Shown: positions 36,407-46,028, numbered from the stretch's first letter. The stretch is 64,000 bases of DNA from Bacteroidia bacterium (GCA_025059535.1 JANXCX010000019.1:68363-132362); one strand, 5' to 3'. Notes: a model not told the origin generated them from the sequence alone. Numbers and translations: made by a program.

Positions 36407-37828
36407 TTAGTCTAAGGCAAGCCGCATCATTACAAAATGATTGCTTCGGCTGCGCGTAAAGGCTAAAAGCCCTTCAGTATTGGTAAGCTGCCTGGCTAAC
36501 TTTCTATAGAACACATCGGTTGATCGAAAACCCGACAAGAATGGACGCGGCGATGATACCTCTCCATTCTCATTCAGCACTACTACAAATACCTGCGAAC
36601 CTGTACCGCGCGCATAGCTGCGATAGAAAAAGTAAAGGTGGCGCGGCCCTACAAGTAAAGCATAGGAAAGCTCCGTATCGGAAGTACCCGCTTGAGACTT
36701 TGGGATAATGCGAAACCACTCTAAGTTACCAAGCGAATCCACCGCAAAAACTACAATATCCTCATAGTGATAGGTATCCTGTGTGTACCAGAACCCATAG
36801 AAGTCGCGAAAAGTAGTAGTGGTAATGTAAAACTGCTCACCAATAAGCAAGGCGCCTCCATTGCTTCGTGGAATCAGATGGTCTAAATACAGGTCGGGGA
36901 TACCCCGTCCGCGCGCGATTTGCCGTTCGGAGAGAAAGCGTTGGAGCACTTCTACGGGGAGGGGTACCTGCTGCACATTAGCCAGGAAGAAGCCTGAACC
37001 CTCCACGCGCGCAAATACAAGGCCTTGTACTTGACTACTATTACGGCGGAGAGAATAGAAGGCAGCTATACGCGCTCCCCCTCCTCGCTCCAGTCGAAAA
37101 GTAGGCTCTATAAGGTAAATCCCTTCCACCTCTAAAGCCACACTAAGGGTAAGGTTAGCGTAGGGGACATAGCGCAAAAGGTAGTAGTGCGGGTAAGGCT
37201 CATTGAGCGGGCGCACCGTCGCTAAGGCATACAAGTGGCCTTCATGACTGGGCTGAATGGAGCGACGCACGACGAGCTCTCGCTCTTTATAGGGGAAGCG
37301 CCATTCGCCGGCGTAGGCGGTGTCAGGGCCTATGAGAAAAAAGGCTATTCGGTCCGCGCTATCAGCTGGCAGACGCAGAGGCAGGCTTAGGCAGGCATAC
37401 CGCCGATTTGGGGCGTAAGCCAGCTCGGGGGTACCCGCCTGCCTTACGGCACTTACTACCAGAATCTCGCGCTGACGCAGATGGAATCTTCCACTTATGT
37501 CTAGCATATAGGCATATATATGCCGCTTTTGTGCCTGGGTCCGCTGAGTAAAAGCCCAGATTTGCGTATCTACTACCGCTAAGTGCAAAAATTCTTCACC
37601 TGTGCTTTGGTCAAAGAGTTCTTGGGTCCATTCATGGCGCAGTTCGGCGTCGTACTTATGGAGGGCAAAAAGGCGCACGGAAGTAGGGGACTTATAAGAG
37701 AGGGTGACGAGCCCGCCATCTGCAGCCACATATTCGGCGCGCAGAGGCGGTGGCTGCCGCCGGTCCAGCGTAAGCTCCGCTAATACCGTCTGCCCCCAGA
37801 GCAGGCTCAACCACACCCCGCCCCACAT
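36407..37828 (-). CDS. Secreted hypothetical protein, likely beta-propeller
   Basis: Short signal peptide WG|Q; beta-rich; GG.LLIGEQFY, Y.YEDI.V...D..G...W...IPK.Q. Confidence 0.7.
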   Translation of the reverse strand: MWGGVWLSLLWGQTVLAELTLDRRQPPPLRAEYVAADGGLVTLSYKSPTSVRLFALHKYDAELRHEWTQELFDQSTGEEFLHLAVVDTQIWAFTQRTQAQKRHIYAYMLDISGRFHLRQREILVVSAVRQAGTPELAYAPNRRYACLSLPLRLPADSADRIAFFLIGPDTAYAGEWRFPYKERELVVRRSIQPSHEGHLYALATVRPLNEPYPHYYLLRYVPYANLTLSVALEVEGIYLIEPTFRLERGGGARIAAFYSLRRNSSQVQGLVFARVEGSGFFLANVQQVPLPVEVLQRFLSERQIARGRGIPDLYLDHLIPRSNGGALLIGEQFYITTTTFRDFYGFWYTQDTYHYEDIVVFAVDSLGNLEWFRIIPKSQAGTSDTELSYALLVGPRHLYFFYRSYARGTGSQVFVVVLNENGEVSSPRPFLSGFRSTDVFYRKLARQLTNTEGLLAFTRSRSNHFVMMRLALD

Positions 37829-37841
37829 ACCCCAAATATGC

Positions 37842-38327
37842 TCATTTTTTTATCCAGGCATTATGCAGGTAGCGCTTTTCTGGGCTGAGCCAGAGGCGAA
37901 TCTCTAAACTATCACTTGTATGCCAGCGCAGCTTGCCCGGGGGACCTTGGGGGGAGGCATAAATATGGGTGTAATAAGTGCGCAGCTCTTGATACACCTT
38001 AGCCAAGGCCGCAAACTCGGTATGCTCCCAAGTGAGCGTAATACTACAAATAGTATCCTGCTGCGCGTAGTATTCGATCCACAGCACGCCACCGAGCGGT
38101 GGAAGGTACCGAAAGACCCTGCCTAAGCTATCTGCATAATGGGGGGGGGAGCCACTTTCAAGGGGGGTAGCGGTGAGCGATTTACCCAGCCATGCGCTGC
38201 GGAGCTGCCCATCAGGCGTCCTAAGCCACCATGCAGGCGCTGAGGGCGAGGCACAACCGCTGATAAGGAGTAGAGCATACAATACCCCGGCCTTTGGCTG
38301 GCGGAGCCCCTGCTCCGCCAGCCTCAT
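37842..38327 (-). CDS. Hypothetical lipoprotein
   Basis: Lipobox LISG|C; fits the gap between co-oriented genes. Confidence 0.6.
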   Translation of the reverse strand: MRLAEQGLRQPKAGVLYALLLISGCASPSAPAWWLRTPDGQLRSAWLGKSLTATPLESGSPPHYADSLGRVFRYLPPLGGVLWIEYYAQQDTICSITLTWEHTEFAALAKVYQELRTYYTHIYASPQGPPGKLRWHTSDSLEIRLWLSPEKRYLHNAWIKK

Positions 38328-38334
38328 CCGCTTC

Positions 38335-41037
38335 CTACCATATCAGCGCAAGGCCTACATTCCAGTTGCGTTGAAAGCCGTAGAAGAAACGCGCCGTGCT
38401 ACGGTCGTGCGTCCGCCCATCCAAAGCGGTTACAATGTAACGCGTGTTGAGCAGATTATGAACGTTTCCAAAGAAGCGCAAGCGCGTTTCTGAGCTTATA
38501 CTCACTTCATAGCCTGCGCCTATATCCATAAGCCCATAGCCGGGAATTCGCCACGGCTGGGCCCGATCGTTAGGATCCTGCCGTCCAAGAGGATCGTAAT
38601 CGGCCCAGAAACGGTCGTAGTAAAAGTAATTCACGAAAAAGTAAAGTGAGGGGGTAGGCGTAATACGAAGGACTCCACCTATTTGGGTTTGTGGGGCGCT
38701 CCCCACGCGCAGGCCTTTAATGTAGAGAGTAACCGTGTCTACGATTTGCTGATTATTATCGCGTACAAAGCCTGAGACGTCATCTTCCCACTTCCAGTCG
38801 CCGATGCTACCTATGGCGGAGAGGCGCAGCCAGGGGAGGGGCTGCAGGCCGAATTCGGCTTCCACTCCTCGGTGAAGGGCGGAAAGACCCGTAATGCGGG
38901 TTTGGGACACTAATCCCCCCGGCAGAGGTACGCTAAGCATAAGCGCCTTATCCCGCCAGTTTATCCAGTACGCGCCCACTTGAGCGGCCACTAGGCTGCT
39001 TTGCCAGCGCACGCCACCTTCTACCTGAAACACCTTCTCAACCGTGTAGGTACGGTCAATCTCATTCCCCGCCCGGTCATTGATAAAGACAAGGTTAAAG
39101 AAGGGCGGCCGGGTGAAATAGCCCCCATTGAGATACACTAAGCTTTGGTCCGTGATACGCAGGCCTATCCCCGCTTTGGTGGTGAAGGAAAAGATATTGA
39201 CATTAGGGGATAAAAGGGGTTGTACCTCTGGGCGGTAGCGGAAAAGCTCCTCGCGCCGGTAGGTGGTATTAGCTGCGGCCAGTACGACCGCTGCCGAAAT
39301 AGGGCCCCGATCATAGCGTGCCTCGCCAAAGCCCCCTATCCAGGTTACATAGGAACGGTAGTAATAATTCACCTTATCCCCTAAACGTGTAAGGCGCGCA
39401 TTCGGCAGCTGGACGGCTCGGCCATTTACCAGTATGCGCATCGGCTCGCCATTCCGCACATCAAAGGTATCTATCCAGAAATCGGCGCCAAATAGGTTAG
39501 TAAGCTCACGAAAGTGGGAAGCTACATAGGTGCGCACGTCTAAACCCGTATTGATTTCTAACGCCCCGAAACGTAGGTTGAGGGCAGAGATAGCCCCGTA
39601 CCAGTCGTGATAGTTAATGGAGTTTCGGTGTATCAGGAAAGCCGCTCGCCCAAAGACAGTATCGCCGGAAGCCCGAATAATGGTATCGCGGGGTTTAGTT
39701 AGATGGTCTGTGCGCACGCGGTCCCAATCAATAAGGCCTTCGGGTGTATAGGATAGGCGATAATTTCGCCGAGGATCATTTTGCCAGCTTGGGTGCCGGC
39801 TGAGAATACCCGACCCACCCCCACGCCCAAACGAGGCATATACCGAGGTGAGAAGTTGTATCCGCTCCGAAATATTCCAAAAGTGGCTGAGGCTAATAAG
39901 CGGCTTATGGTAGAAGTTGAGTAGATTGCTATATTTCTGACCTTGTAGATAGCCGTAGTCATAGTTGTGGAAGATGCTGCGCTTGAGCGTGTCTACATCG
40001 CGCTGCGTCAGATAGGTAAAGCGGTGATAGTGCCATTGAGGCGCTCCGAAAGCCTGAAGCATAAGGCGATGACGCGTGCCGATATTCTTAGAAATAGCCA
40101 CATAGTAGGTCCAAGAGCTGAGGTCCGTCCCTGGGACGTACCCGGGGCCTACGGCGCGATTACCCGCTAAGGTAACGGCCCACCCTTTCGGGCTTAGCCC
40201 CGAATGGTACGCAAACCCCAGCCGCGCCGAATACACATTAGAGGCCTCACTCGTTAGGATAAAGCGCCGCTCACTTTGAGGCGGCAGGGTGCGCAGATTA
40301 AGCGTGCCGCCAATAGAAGGCAGCACAATTCGGGCATTTCCCACACCCTTCTGCACTTGAACCTCATCTATTACATCCGTCAAGCCTATCCAGTTAGACC
40401 AGTAAATCCGCGCATTTTCCATGTCGTTGACGGGTATGCCATTTATTTGTACGGCGATATTTTCCTGGCTAAAGCCACGCAGGTTTATGCGGGAGTCTCC
40501 CCAGCCCCCCCCTTCGCGTGAGGCATAAACAGAGGGGGAAAAGCGCATGGCCTCGGTAACCTCCTGAGAGCCCCGCATTTCTATTATCTGGCGCGAATCC
40601 ATGCGCGTGAAGTTGAGCGGGGTGAGAAGGGTATTTGCGGTGGAAGCCACGATGAGCACTTCTTTCATCGCCACGCCGGACGGCTTGAGTTCTATGTTTA
40701 TCCCCTTCTCCACCTCGCTAAGGGGTAAAACTTTCTCTTCGTAGCCTATATAGGTGATGAGTAATTTGGGATCTTGGGGGGCTTCCTTGGGGTTGAAGCT
40801 AAACGCAAATCGGCCATCCAACTGGCTGAGCGTGCCATAGTCGGTGCCTAAGAGGCGAATCATAGCGCCCGCCAGGGGTTCTTTAGTTTCAGCATCCCGG
40901 ATCCACCCACGCACCTCAATAGCCGTCTCCTGACGACTGACGGTGCTAAGGCGCTCCGTACTTATAAGGCCGCGCACAAGGCGCTCTTCCTGGGCCCAAA
41001 GCCCGGCTACTAAGGCAAGGATACCTAAGCGTATCAT
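38335..41037 (-). CDS. TonB-dependent receptor with N-terminal carboxypeptidase-regulatory-like domain
   Basis: Signal LWA|Q; RDAET.EPL.GA.I...GT, plug GGG.GDSRINLRGF.Q.N..V.ING.PVNDME and terminal NLLN...FGFQRNW...LIW. Start revised to ATG 41037 (GGGAGG upstream). Confidence 0.92.
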   Translation of the reverse strand: MIRLGILALVAGLWAQEERLVRGLISTERLSTVSRQETAIEVRGWIRDAETKEPLAGAMIRLLGTDYGTLSQLDGRFAFSFNPKEAPQDPKLLITYIGYEEKVLPLSEVEKGINIELKPSGVAMKEVLIVASTANTLLTPLNFTRMDSRQIIEMRGSQEVTEAMRFSPSVYASREGGGWGDSRINLRGFSQENIAVQINGIPVNDMENARIYWSNWIGLTDVIDEVQVQKGVGNARIVLPSIGGTLNLRTLPPQSERRFILTSEASNVYSARLGFAYHSGLSPKGWAVTLAGNRAVGPGYVPGTDLSSWTYYVAISKNIGTRHRLMLQAFGAPQWHYHRFTYLTQRDVDTLKRSIFHNYDYGYLQGQKYSNLLNFYHKPLISLSHFWNISERIQLLTSVYASFGRGGGSGILSRHPSWQNDPRRNYRLSYTPEGLIDWDRVRTDHLTKPRDTIIRASGDTVFGRAAFLIHRNSINYHDWYGAISALNLRFGALEINTGLDVRTYVASHFRELTNLFGADFWIDTFDVRNGEPMRILVNGRAVQLPNARLTRLGDKVNYYYRSYVTWIGGFGEARYDRGPISAAVVLAAANTTYRREELFRYRPEVQPLLSPNVNIFSFTTKAGIGLRITDQSLVYLNGGYFTRPPFFNLVFINDRAGNEIDRTYTVEKVFQVEGGVRWQSSLVAAQVGAYWINWRDKALMLSVPLPGGLVSQTRITGLSALHRGVEAEFGLQPLPWLRLSAIGSIGDWKWEDDVSGFVRDNNQQIVDTVTLYIKGLRVGSAPQTQIGGVLRITPTPSLYFFVNYFYYDRFWADYDPLGRQDPNDRAQPWRIPGYGLMDIGAGYEVSISSETRLRFFGNVHNLLNTRYIVTALDGRTHDRSTARFFYGFQRNWNVGLALIW

Positions 41038-41052
41038 AAAAACCTCCCATGG

Positions 41053-41060
41053 CAAAGTTA
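41053..41060 (-). promoter_or_regulatory. -7 box TAACTTTG with a 15-nt leader containing GGGAGG
   Basis: Minus strand reads TAACTTTG-ccatgggaggttttt-ATG. Confidence 0.65.
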
Positions 41061-41119
41061 AAGAAAATGCCCCACCTTTCCATGACAACCAAGTGGAAAG
41101 CGGTTTGGGGGAAAAGTTT

Positions 41120-41127
41120 TACTTTTG
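41120..41127 (+). promoter_or_regulatory. -7 box TACTTTTG, 4 nt before tRNA-Asn G1
   Basis: TACTTTTG-tctt-GCCCGCT... Confidence 0.75.
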
Positions 41128-41131
41128 TCTT

Positions 41132-41204
41132 GCCCGCTTAGCTCAGCGGTTAGAGCATCTGGCTGTTAACCAGAGGGTCGCAGGTTCGAATCCTGCAGCG
41201 GGCG
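41132..41204 (+). tRNA. tRNA-Asn(GTT) with a G1-C72 pair, no encoded CCA
   Basis: Acceptor GCCCGCT/AGCGGGC, G73, D arm GCTC-AGCGGTTA-GAGC, anticodon arm TCTGG-CTGTTAA-CCAGA, T arm GCAGG-TTCGAAT-CCTGC. Confidence 0.97.
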
Positions 41205-43076
41205 CTTAGCGTGCCAGCGCACGCGCCAGCCATCCACCATCTGTAGTTTGCCTTCGGCTAAAAATTCTTCCAAAAGGGCTTCCGCTTTGCCGGGGAAGAG
41301 CTGCTGAAGCTTTTGTTTGAGCTCAGCCGGGAAGCAAGGTTGCTGAGCTTTTTCGCTGAGCCAGGCGGCGGCTTGCGCCTTTTCAGCTTCTGAAGGACGC
41401 TGCGGCTGATAGTAGCCTCGGCAGACATCACACTGCCCACAAGGCCCTATAAACTCCTCAAAGTAGCGTAAGAGGTACTGAGGGCGGCAGGTTTCGCGCT
41501 GCTGGTAGTAGCCTAACATGAAGCGCCCGCGCAGTTGGGCCTGACGCTGAAGAATATGATACTTATGGCGCAGAGCTTCCCACTCCTCCGCCGAAGGGGC
41601 CTGGGGCCTTAGAGAAACCTCCTCTACTCCCGCTGGTAGAGCCTCATGGGTAAGCCAACCGCGCCGGCGCAAGGCCTCCAGACCCTCATAAAGCGCCTCA
41701 TACGAAATCTGAAGCTGATAGGCCCACTCGGCTAAGTCCGCATAAACCCCTTCTTGAAAAAGCGCCGCCCCCCCCAACCGTACAATCCACCGATCCAAGG
41801 CTACTGGCGTATCCTGCCACCGCTCGGCAGGTATCAGGCTGCGCAGATAAGAACGGCTGCTCCGCTCACTATGCCAAGTAAGGAAACCCTCTTGCTCAAG
41901 GAGATGGAGCGCTCGACGCAAAGCATATGGCGCAAGCGCCACCTGCCGACTAAGCTCCGTAAGCTCCAGCTGTAACTTGCCCGAGGCAGCCCAAAGCTGA
42001 CGCAGCCGCTCATATAGGCGCAAAAGTTGATGGTAGGGGGGATACTTCTCTTGCAGTCGGCGCCATAGAGCCTCCCCATCGCTTGGAGAGAAAAGCGCAA
42101 TAGCATACGCTAGCGCCCCATCGCGTCCAGCCCGACCCACCTCTTGGAGATAGGCCTCTGGTTCCAGCACTATGTCATAATGCAGTACGAAGCGCGTATT
42201 GGGCTTGTCTATGCCCATACCAAAGGCCGTAGTAGCCACAATAAGGCGGGTCTCTTCGGAAAGCCAGCGCGCCTGCACCGCGGCCCGAAGCGTCGCCGGC
42301 ATGCCCGCATGATAGGCCTCTGCGGAAAATCCCCACTGACGCAAGCGCTCCGCTAATTGTAACGCCCTGCGCCGCGCCCCCACATAGATAATCCCAGAAC
42401 CCTCCAATTTACGCAGGCTTTGATAGAGCCGCTTGTCTTTATCTACGTCATAAACGACCGCATAGTAGAAATTTTTCCTGTAGAAAGGCTGCTGTATGAC
42501 AACGGGATTTTGAAGGCTTAGGTAGGTGATAATATCTTTTTGCACGCGGGCAGTAGCCGTGGCGGTGAGCGCTATCCAGCGTGCCTGAGGGAGTAAGGGG
42601 CGCAGCGCACCAATTTGAAGGTAAGCCGCTCGGAAATCATGCCCCCATTGACTGATGCAATGCGCCTCATCCACCGCCACCAGGCGAATGTCTAATTCAG
42701 TCAGCCGCTGGCGAAACTCAGGCAGGCATAGCCGCTCAGGAGCAACATACAGAAAACGGAAGGTCTCAAGCTCCCTGAGAAGTTTCGCCCGTAGAAGAGG
42801 GGGCAGACCGCTTTCTAAAGCCACGGCGGGGATACCCCGTCGCTGTAGCGCCTCCACCTGATCGCGCATCAGCGCAATAAGGGGAGAAACCACCAGAGTA
42901 AGCCCTCCCAGCACTAGGCCAGGCACTTGATAACAGAGAGATTTACCGCCTCCTGTGGGCAAAAGGGCGAGCACCTCACGCCCAGCCAATAAGGCCTCTA
43001 TAGCCGCCGCCTGGGCGGGTCGGAAATCCGGATAGCCCCAATACTGCCGCAGCACAGCACGCGCCGCCTCCACCAT
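41166..43076 (-). CDS. recQ: RecQ family ATP-dependent DNA helicase (RecQ2-like, no HRDC)
   Basis: PTGGGKSLCYQ, DEAHCISQWGHDFR, TATAT, AFGMGIDK, QEVGRAGRDG and the Zn site CR...YF.E....CG.CD.C. Confidence 0.93.
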   Translation of the reverse strand: MVEAARAVLRQYWGYPDFRPAQAAAIEALLAGREVLALLPTGGGKSLCYQVPGLVLGGLTLVVSPLIALMRDQVEALQRRGIPAVALESGLPPLLRAKLLRELETFRFLYVAPERLCLPEFRQRLTELDIRLVAVDEAHCISQWGHDFRAAYLQIGALRPLLPQARWIALTATATARVQKDIITYLSLQNPVVIQQPFYRKNFYYAVVYDVDKDKRLYQSLRKLEGSGIIYVGARRRALQLAERLRQWGFSAEAYHAGMPATLRAAVQARWLSEETRLIVATTAFGMGIDKPNTRFVLHYDIVLEPEAYLQEVGRAGRDGALAYAIALFSPSDGEALWRRLQEKYPPYHQLLRLYERLRQLWAASGKLQLELTELSRQVALAPYALRRALHLLEQEGFLTWHSERSSRSYLRSLIPAERWQDTPVALDRWIVRLGGAALFQEGVYADLAEWAYQLQISYEALYEGLEALRRRGWLTHEALPAGVEEVSLRPQAPSAEEWEALRHKYHILQRQAQLRGRFMLGYYQQRETCRPQYLLRYFEEFIGPCGQCDVCRGYYQPQRPSEAEKAQAAAWLSEKAQQPCFPAELKQKLQQLFPGKAEALLEEFLAEGKLQMVDGWRVRWHAKRPLQDSNLRPSG

Positions 43077-43085
43077 ACCACCACC

Positions 43086-45989
43086 TCAGCGCAACGCCGG
43101 GTCGTACACTACCTGGAAGTAGTACAGCCCACCTATCCGAGGCCCACCCGGAAATTGCACATACCGAATATTCAGCACATTCTGACCGCCTACCCGAAAT
43201 TGGAGCTTCCACTTAGGCACGGTGTAGGAGACCTGAGCGTCTAGCCACTGCACCGCTGGTACTCGGCCCTGAACAAATCCCTCCATTACAAATGCATCTA
43301 TCCAGCGGTAATTCAGGCTACCCCCCCAAGGTCCAAACCCTGAAAGATAAAGGGCGCTGCCAAACTTATGCCGCGGCGTATTGAAGTTGGGTAGGAGCGA
43401 AGGGTCATCCGCTTCCCGCAGGGTCAGCGCAGCATAACTGTAAGAGCCAGTCCATAAAATCTTCTGCGTAATAGCGTATTCTATACTTACAGCGCCAAAA
43501 TCGGCATACACTACATCGGAAGCATTAGAAGCGGTATTGTACGTGTAGTAGCGCCCCTCCCGCAGATTAACAAGGCCTTCATAGGTAGATGGATCCACAT
43601 TAGAGAGGGCTATAGGCTTAGTTGTACCGGTTTCGTAGGTGGGCTGAGACGAAACTACCCGCCGATATAGAATAAAGTCCCGATAGTAGGCGCGCGCAAA
43701 TTCCGCATCTATGTAAAGCCCTTTAAGGATTTGAAAGCGGCCCCCTATTTCGGCCTGCCGAATAAATTCAGGGCGTATGAGCTCGCGCGACACGAATCTA
43801 AGATGTTGAGCAGCCAAAGCCGCCAAAGTGGCGCTATCCTGCACACCTTCAGCGGCTCTTCGGTAAGCGGCTACGGAAGCCGGCGTAAGCATAACCCTAT
43901 CTAACCCATAAATACTACGCGTGCGACTTGTACCACCTAAAGTAATTTCCCGAAAGCCTATGTCCAAGGCAATAAATTGATCCTGTAGGGTAGGTATGCG
44001 GAAACCCGTCTGATAAGAGATGCGGAGGCTATGCTGTCTCTCTGAACCAAAGGCATATAGCAAAGCCACCCTTGGCGTAAAGCGGCCTTGGAAATATTGA
44101 TTCTTATCATAGCGGATAGAACCTAAAAGGCGCAGGTGCCGATTAAAAAGCCAGCGATTCCCCTGAAGGAAAACCCCATATTCATGCGTAAAGAAAGGGC
44201 CTTCATAATCTATAAAAAGCGTACCGCGTGTATTAATACGGAAGAGGCGAACGTTGGCGCCTCCTACTAACTCTATCCAGCGGCCCAACCAGTCAGAGAA
44301 GTCATATTGGACTTCGCCGTGGTAGAAGGAGGAGCGATCAAATAGGCCAGCTTGGTATTGCACGCGGTAGGGACCGCTATTCACTTCTTTCAAGGCTCGG
44401 GAAAACTCGGGGGTGCCAGGCTCCGGACGAGGCGAAAAGGTACCCGGCCTAAAACCTATTAGCGGAGCTATAGCGTTATAGAAGTCGGACACCCGTGCCG
44501 TATCTGCATAGCGGCGCGCCGCCTCATGGGAGCCATAAAGCGCATAGCCCTCATGGTAGAAAATCATCCAAGCAGGTGTAGGTTTAGCCCGCTCGTTCAG
44601 GAAAATGCCCGTAAATCGACTATCATAGGTAGCTCCTGGACTTTCCCAACTTCCGTAGGCGCGCGCAAAAAAGCGGCGTCCGCGCAGTTCTAACTTATGC
44701 TGATGAAAATAGGCATCTTTTATAATATTTCGGTTAGCAGCTTGATACACTGTGTTTCCATTTACTAGAAAGCTACGCCAAGATAGCTCTAAATTCTCAT
44801 TCAGAAAATACTGCCATTGGAGTGTATATTTTTGGAGAAAAATTGTCGGGTCTACAAGGTCGCGATCACGGTAGCCCGTGCGTGCTACGTAAAAGCGCTC
44901 TCTTATACCCAGGAGAGTGGGAAGAGGCTCTAAGTCGCTATTAAGTACTCGCACCTCGTCGCCATACAGATTGACCCCGTTGTAGCCTGGATTATTTACG
45001 CCAGGGATAGCATAGATGGAGTCGGCGCCTGCATAGGTGCCTTGATCGGTGTAGTCTATGCTTAGCCAGTCGGTCGCGCGCAAATACTCCGCCACAAGCT
45101 TGAGTGAGAAGCGGTCCCCAAATGTGTGGGCATAGCGCGCGGCAAAATGCAGATACGGCTGCGGCGTTGTGTCCGAAGCGATGTGATTTACGCCGAGCCG
45201 TAACGAAGCGCCTAAGCCCCGATAGCGTCGCGGCTGACGCGTAAAGAATTCTATAAATCCATTGAAAGCGTTAGGTCCGTAGAGAGCGGAAGCTGGTCCT
45301 GCGGTAACCTCCACGGCTTCTATGTCAATATCAGGCGGCGAGGAAAGCATACCTACGGGACAACCTAACACGGGCGCTAGCATCTCTATTCCATCTATCC
45401 GCTGTACCACGCGCGAATTTCCCGGTTGGTTGAAGCCACGCATGCCAATAGAGGGAAAACTGAGGGACTGGTAGTTAACATCCACGTTCTTCATCGTGCT
45501 GAGCTGTTGGAAAATGTTGGCGGCAGCGCCGAGTTGGAGCTCACGCAGGCCCATCCGCATTACCGTTACGGGCGCCTCCAATACCGCTTCAGGCACGCGA
45601 CTCGTGGTGATCACTACCTCCTTCATAGCCAATCCACCTGGGCGTAGAGATATTTCTGCCTCCTTATGGGGCTCTATGGCTACTTCGGCATTTTCATAGC
45701 CTATGTAGGAGACTTCCACGCGAAAGGGCGGTGAACCTAGAGTACTGAGCTGAAAGCGCCCTTGGGCATCGGAAACCGTCCCCATCAGCGAACCTTTTAG
45801 CCGGATGTAAGCCCCGGGCAGCGGCTCACCCGATTCCGCATCACGCACGATACCTTGAAGGCGATAACCTTGAGGCGAAGGGGAGCGCCCGACTTCAGAG
45901 GCCTGTTGTGGCCGCCCGTCTGGCCTCTGCCGCTCTTCCTGAGCCCAGGCCCACCCTACTACAGCAAGTATACCTAACCACAACTTCAT
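43086..45989 (-). CDS. TonB-dependent receptor with N-terminal carboxypeptidase-regulatory-like domain
   Basis: Signal AWA|Q; RDAE.GEPLPGA, SR.PE...EAPVT, RGFN...N.R, GPASALYG.NAFNG and GG.N.L...Y....GGP.IG. Start revised to ATG 45989. Confidence 0.92.
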   Translation of the reverse strand: MKLWLGILAVVGWAWAQEERQRPDGRPQQASEVGRSPSPQGYRLQGIVRDAESGEPLPGAYIRLKGSLMGTVSDAQGRFQLSTLGSPPFRVEVSYIGYENAEVAIEPHKEAEISLRPGGLAMKEVVITTSRVPEAVLEAPVTVMRMGLRELQLGAAANIFQQLSTMKNVDVNYQSLSFPSIGMRGFNQPGNSRVVQRIDGIEMLAPVLGCPVGMLSSPPDIDIEAVEVTAGPASALYGPNAFNGFIEFFTRQPRRYRGLGASLRLGVNHIASDTTPQPYLHFAARYAHTFGDRFSLKLVAEYLRATDWLSIDYTDQGTYAGADSIYAIPGVNNPGYNGVNLYGDEVRVLNSDLEPLPTLLGIRERFYVARTGYRDRDLVDPTIFLQKYTLQWQYFLNENLELSWRSFLVNGNTVYQAANRNIIKDAYFHQHKLELRGRRFFARAYGSWESPGATYDSRFTGIFLNERAKPTPAWMIFYHEGYALYGSHEAARRYADTARVSDFYNAIAPLIGFRPGTFSPRPEPGTPEFSRALKEVNSGPYRVQYQAGLFDRSSFYHGEVQYDFSDWLGRWIELVGGANVRLFRINTRGTLFIDYEGPFFTHEYGVFLQGNRWLFNRHLRLLGSIRYDKNQYFQGRFTPRVALLYAFGSERQHSLRISYQTGFRIPTLQDQFIALDIGFREITLGGTSRTRSIYGLDRVMLTPASVAAYRRAAEGVQDSATLAALAAQHLRFVSRELIRPEFIRQAEIGGRFQILKGLYIDAEFARAYYRDFILYRRVVSSQPTYETGTTKPIALSNVDPSTYEGLVNLREGRYYTYNTASNASDVVYADFGAVSIEYAITQKILWTGSYSYAALTLREADDPSLLPNFNTPRHKFGSALYLSGFGPWGGSLNYRWIDAFVMEGFVQGRVPAVQWLDAQVSYTVPKWKLQFRVGGQNVLNIRYVQFPGGPRIGGLYYFQVVYDPALR

Positions 45990-45995
45990 ACTTCC

Positions 45996-46003
45996 CAAAG
46001 ATA
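45996..46003 (-). promoter_or_regulatory. -7 box TATCTTTG, 6 nt before ATG 45989
   Basis: Minus strand reads TATCTTTG-ggaagt-ATG. Confidence 0.7.
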
Positions 46004-46028
46004 TCAAGAAAAGAGCTTGGATTAACCG

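Noticed and set aside
41132..41230. tRNAs as integration sites for an island or prophage
   Set aside because: No integrase and no duplicated tRNA 3' end were seen, and the flanks are housekeeping genes.
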